A stretch of DNA of 64,000 nucleotides, taken from Euprymna scolopes (taxonomy: Eukaryota). Every line of letters starts with the position of its first letter. The first letter of the stretch is position 1. The position numbers and the translations under genes are program-made. The notes below the pieces were generated by a model. The model saw only the letters and a program-made list of their open reading frames with translations, was not told the origin of the DNA and did no database searches. Positions 63,508 through 64,000 of this stretch are shown one piece after another. The DNA lies in the NCBI GenBank assembly GCA_053919585.1, contig CM132784.1. One strand, written 5' to 3'.

Positions 63508-63510
<3 letters not shown>
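62707..63510 (+). mobile_element. Probable non-autonomous RTE-like retroelement with a (GAT)n tail and a degenerate HDV-like fold
   Basis: A GC-richer, ORF-less ~800 bp block between (TG)n and (TA)n, ending atgatgatgatgat. The HDV-like signature GG-TAAC...CCAG-GCTAA lies at 62915-62945. The RTE link is inferred. Confidence 0.55.
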
Positions 63511-63570
<60 letters not shown>

Positions 63571-64000
63571 CAGAACCAATAGTTATAACGAAAAGAGCCG
63601 AAAAAAAAGCCAAAGAAAACTCAACCACTTTAGCAGTATGGATTAAGGAATTAAAGGAAAATAAAACTGAATATAAATTAAGATGGTCAATAATTGATAA
63701 AAGGGAAAAATATAAACCTAGCAAATCGAAAAGATGCAACCTATGTATATTAAAATCATACCACATACTAATATCAAAAGAAACATTATTAAATAAACGA
63801 CTAGATTAACAGGACTAGATTATAAAAAAGAAAACGTGAGTCTTTGAATTTTCAACAAAATTTTACACTTTATAATATATATATATTATTAAAAAAATAA
63901 TTCCAGCAGTGCTCTATTATAAAGAAAAAAATTCCGAAAATTAAAACGTATTATTTATATTTTCAGAAAGTTAGAGATGAGATGTCATCGTTACCGTCGG

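Overview
This is an AT-rich, repeat-dense metazoan genomic window from a draft assembly with five N-gaps. I found no host protein-coding gene, rRNA, intact tRNA or CRISPR array. The invertebrate assignment (possibly a mollusc or other lophotrochozoan) is only a guess from repeat style. Most of the window is transposon debris: 5'-truncated CR1-group LINE copies (RT ORFs at 6967-8413, 19145-20062 and 27186-28856), RLE-type (R4/Dong-like) remnants, mariner derivatives (one nested in another, plus 80-bp MADE1-like MITEs), many non-autonomous Helitrons, fold-back repeats and microsatellites. The main finding is about 12 hammerhead ribozyme (HHR) motifs read by eye. Most lie directly downstream of tRNA-derived Pol III A/B boxes in short non-coding elements of at least three families, a SINE-head plus hammerhead-tail (retrozyme-like) design. 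One near-canonical full type I hammerhead (59310-59393) is inserted in a (TA)n tract. Several others have the palindromic stem III typical of Penelope-associated dimeric HHRs. A degenerate HDV-like fold lies in a probable non-autonomous RTE-like element near 62.9 kb. All coordinates and folds were derived by hand and need computational confirmation.
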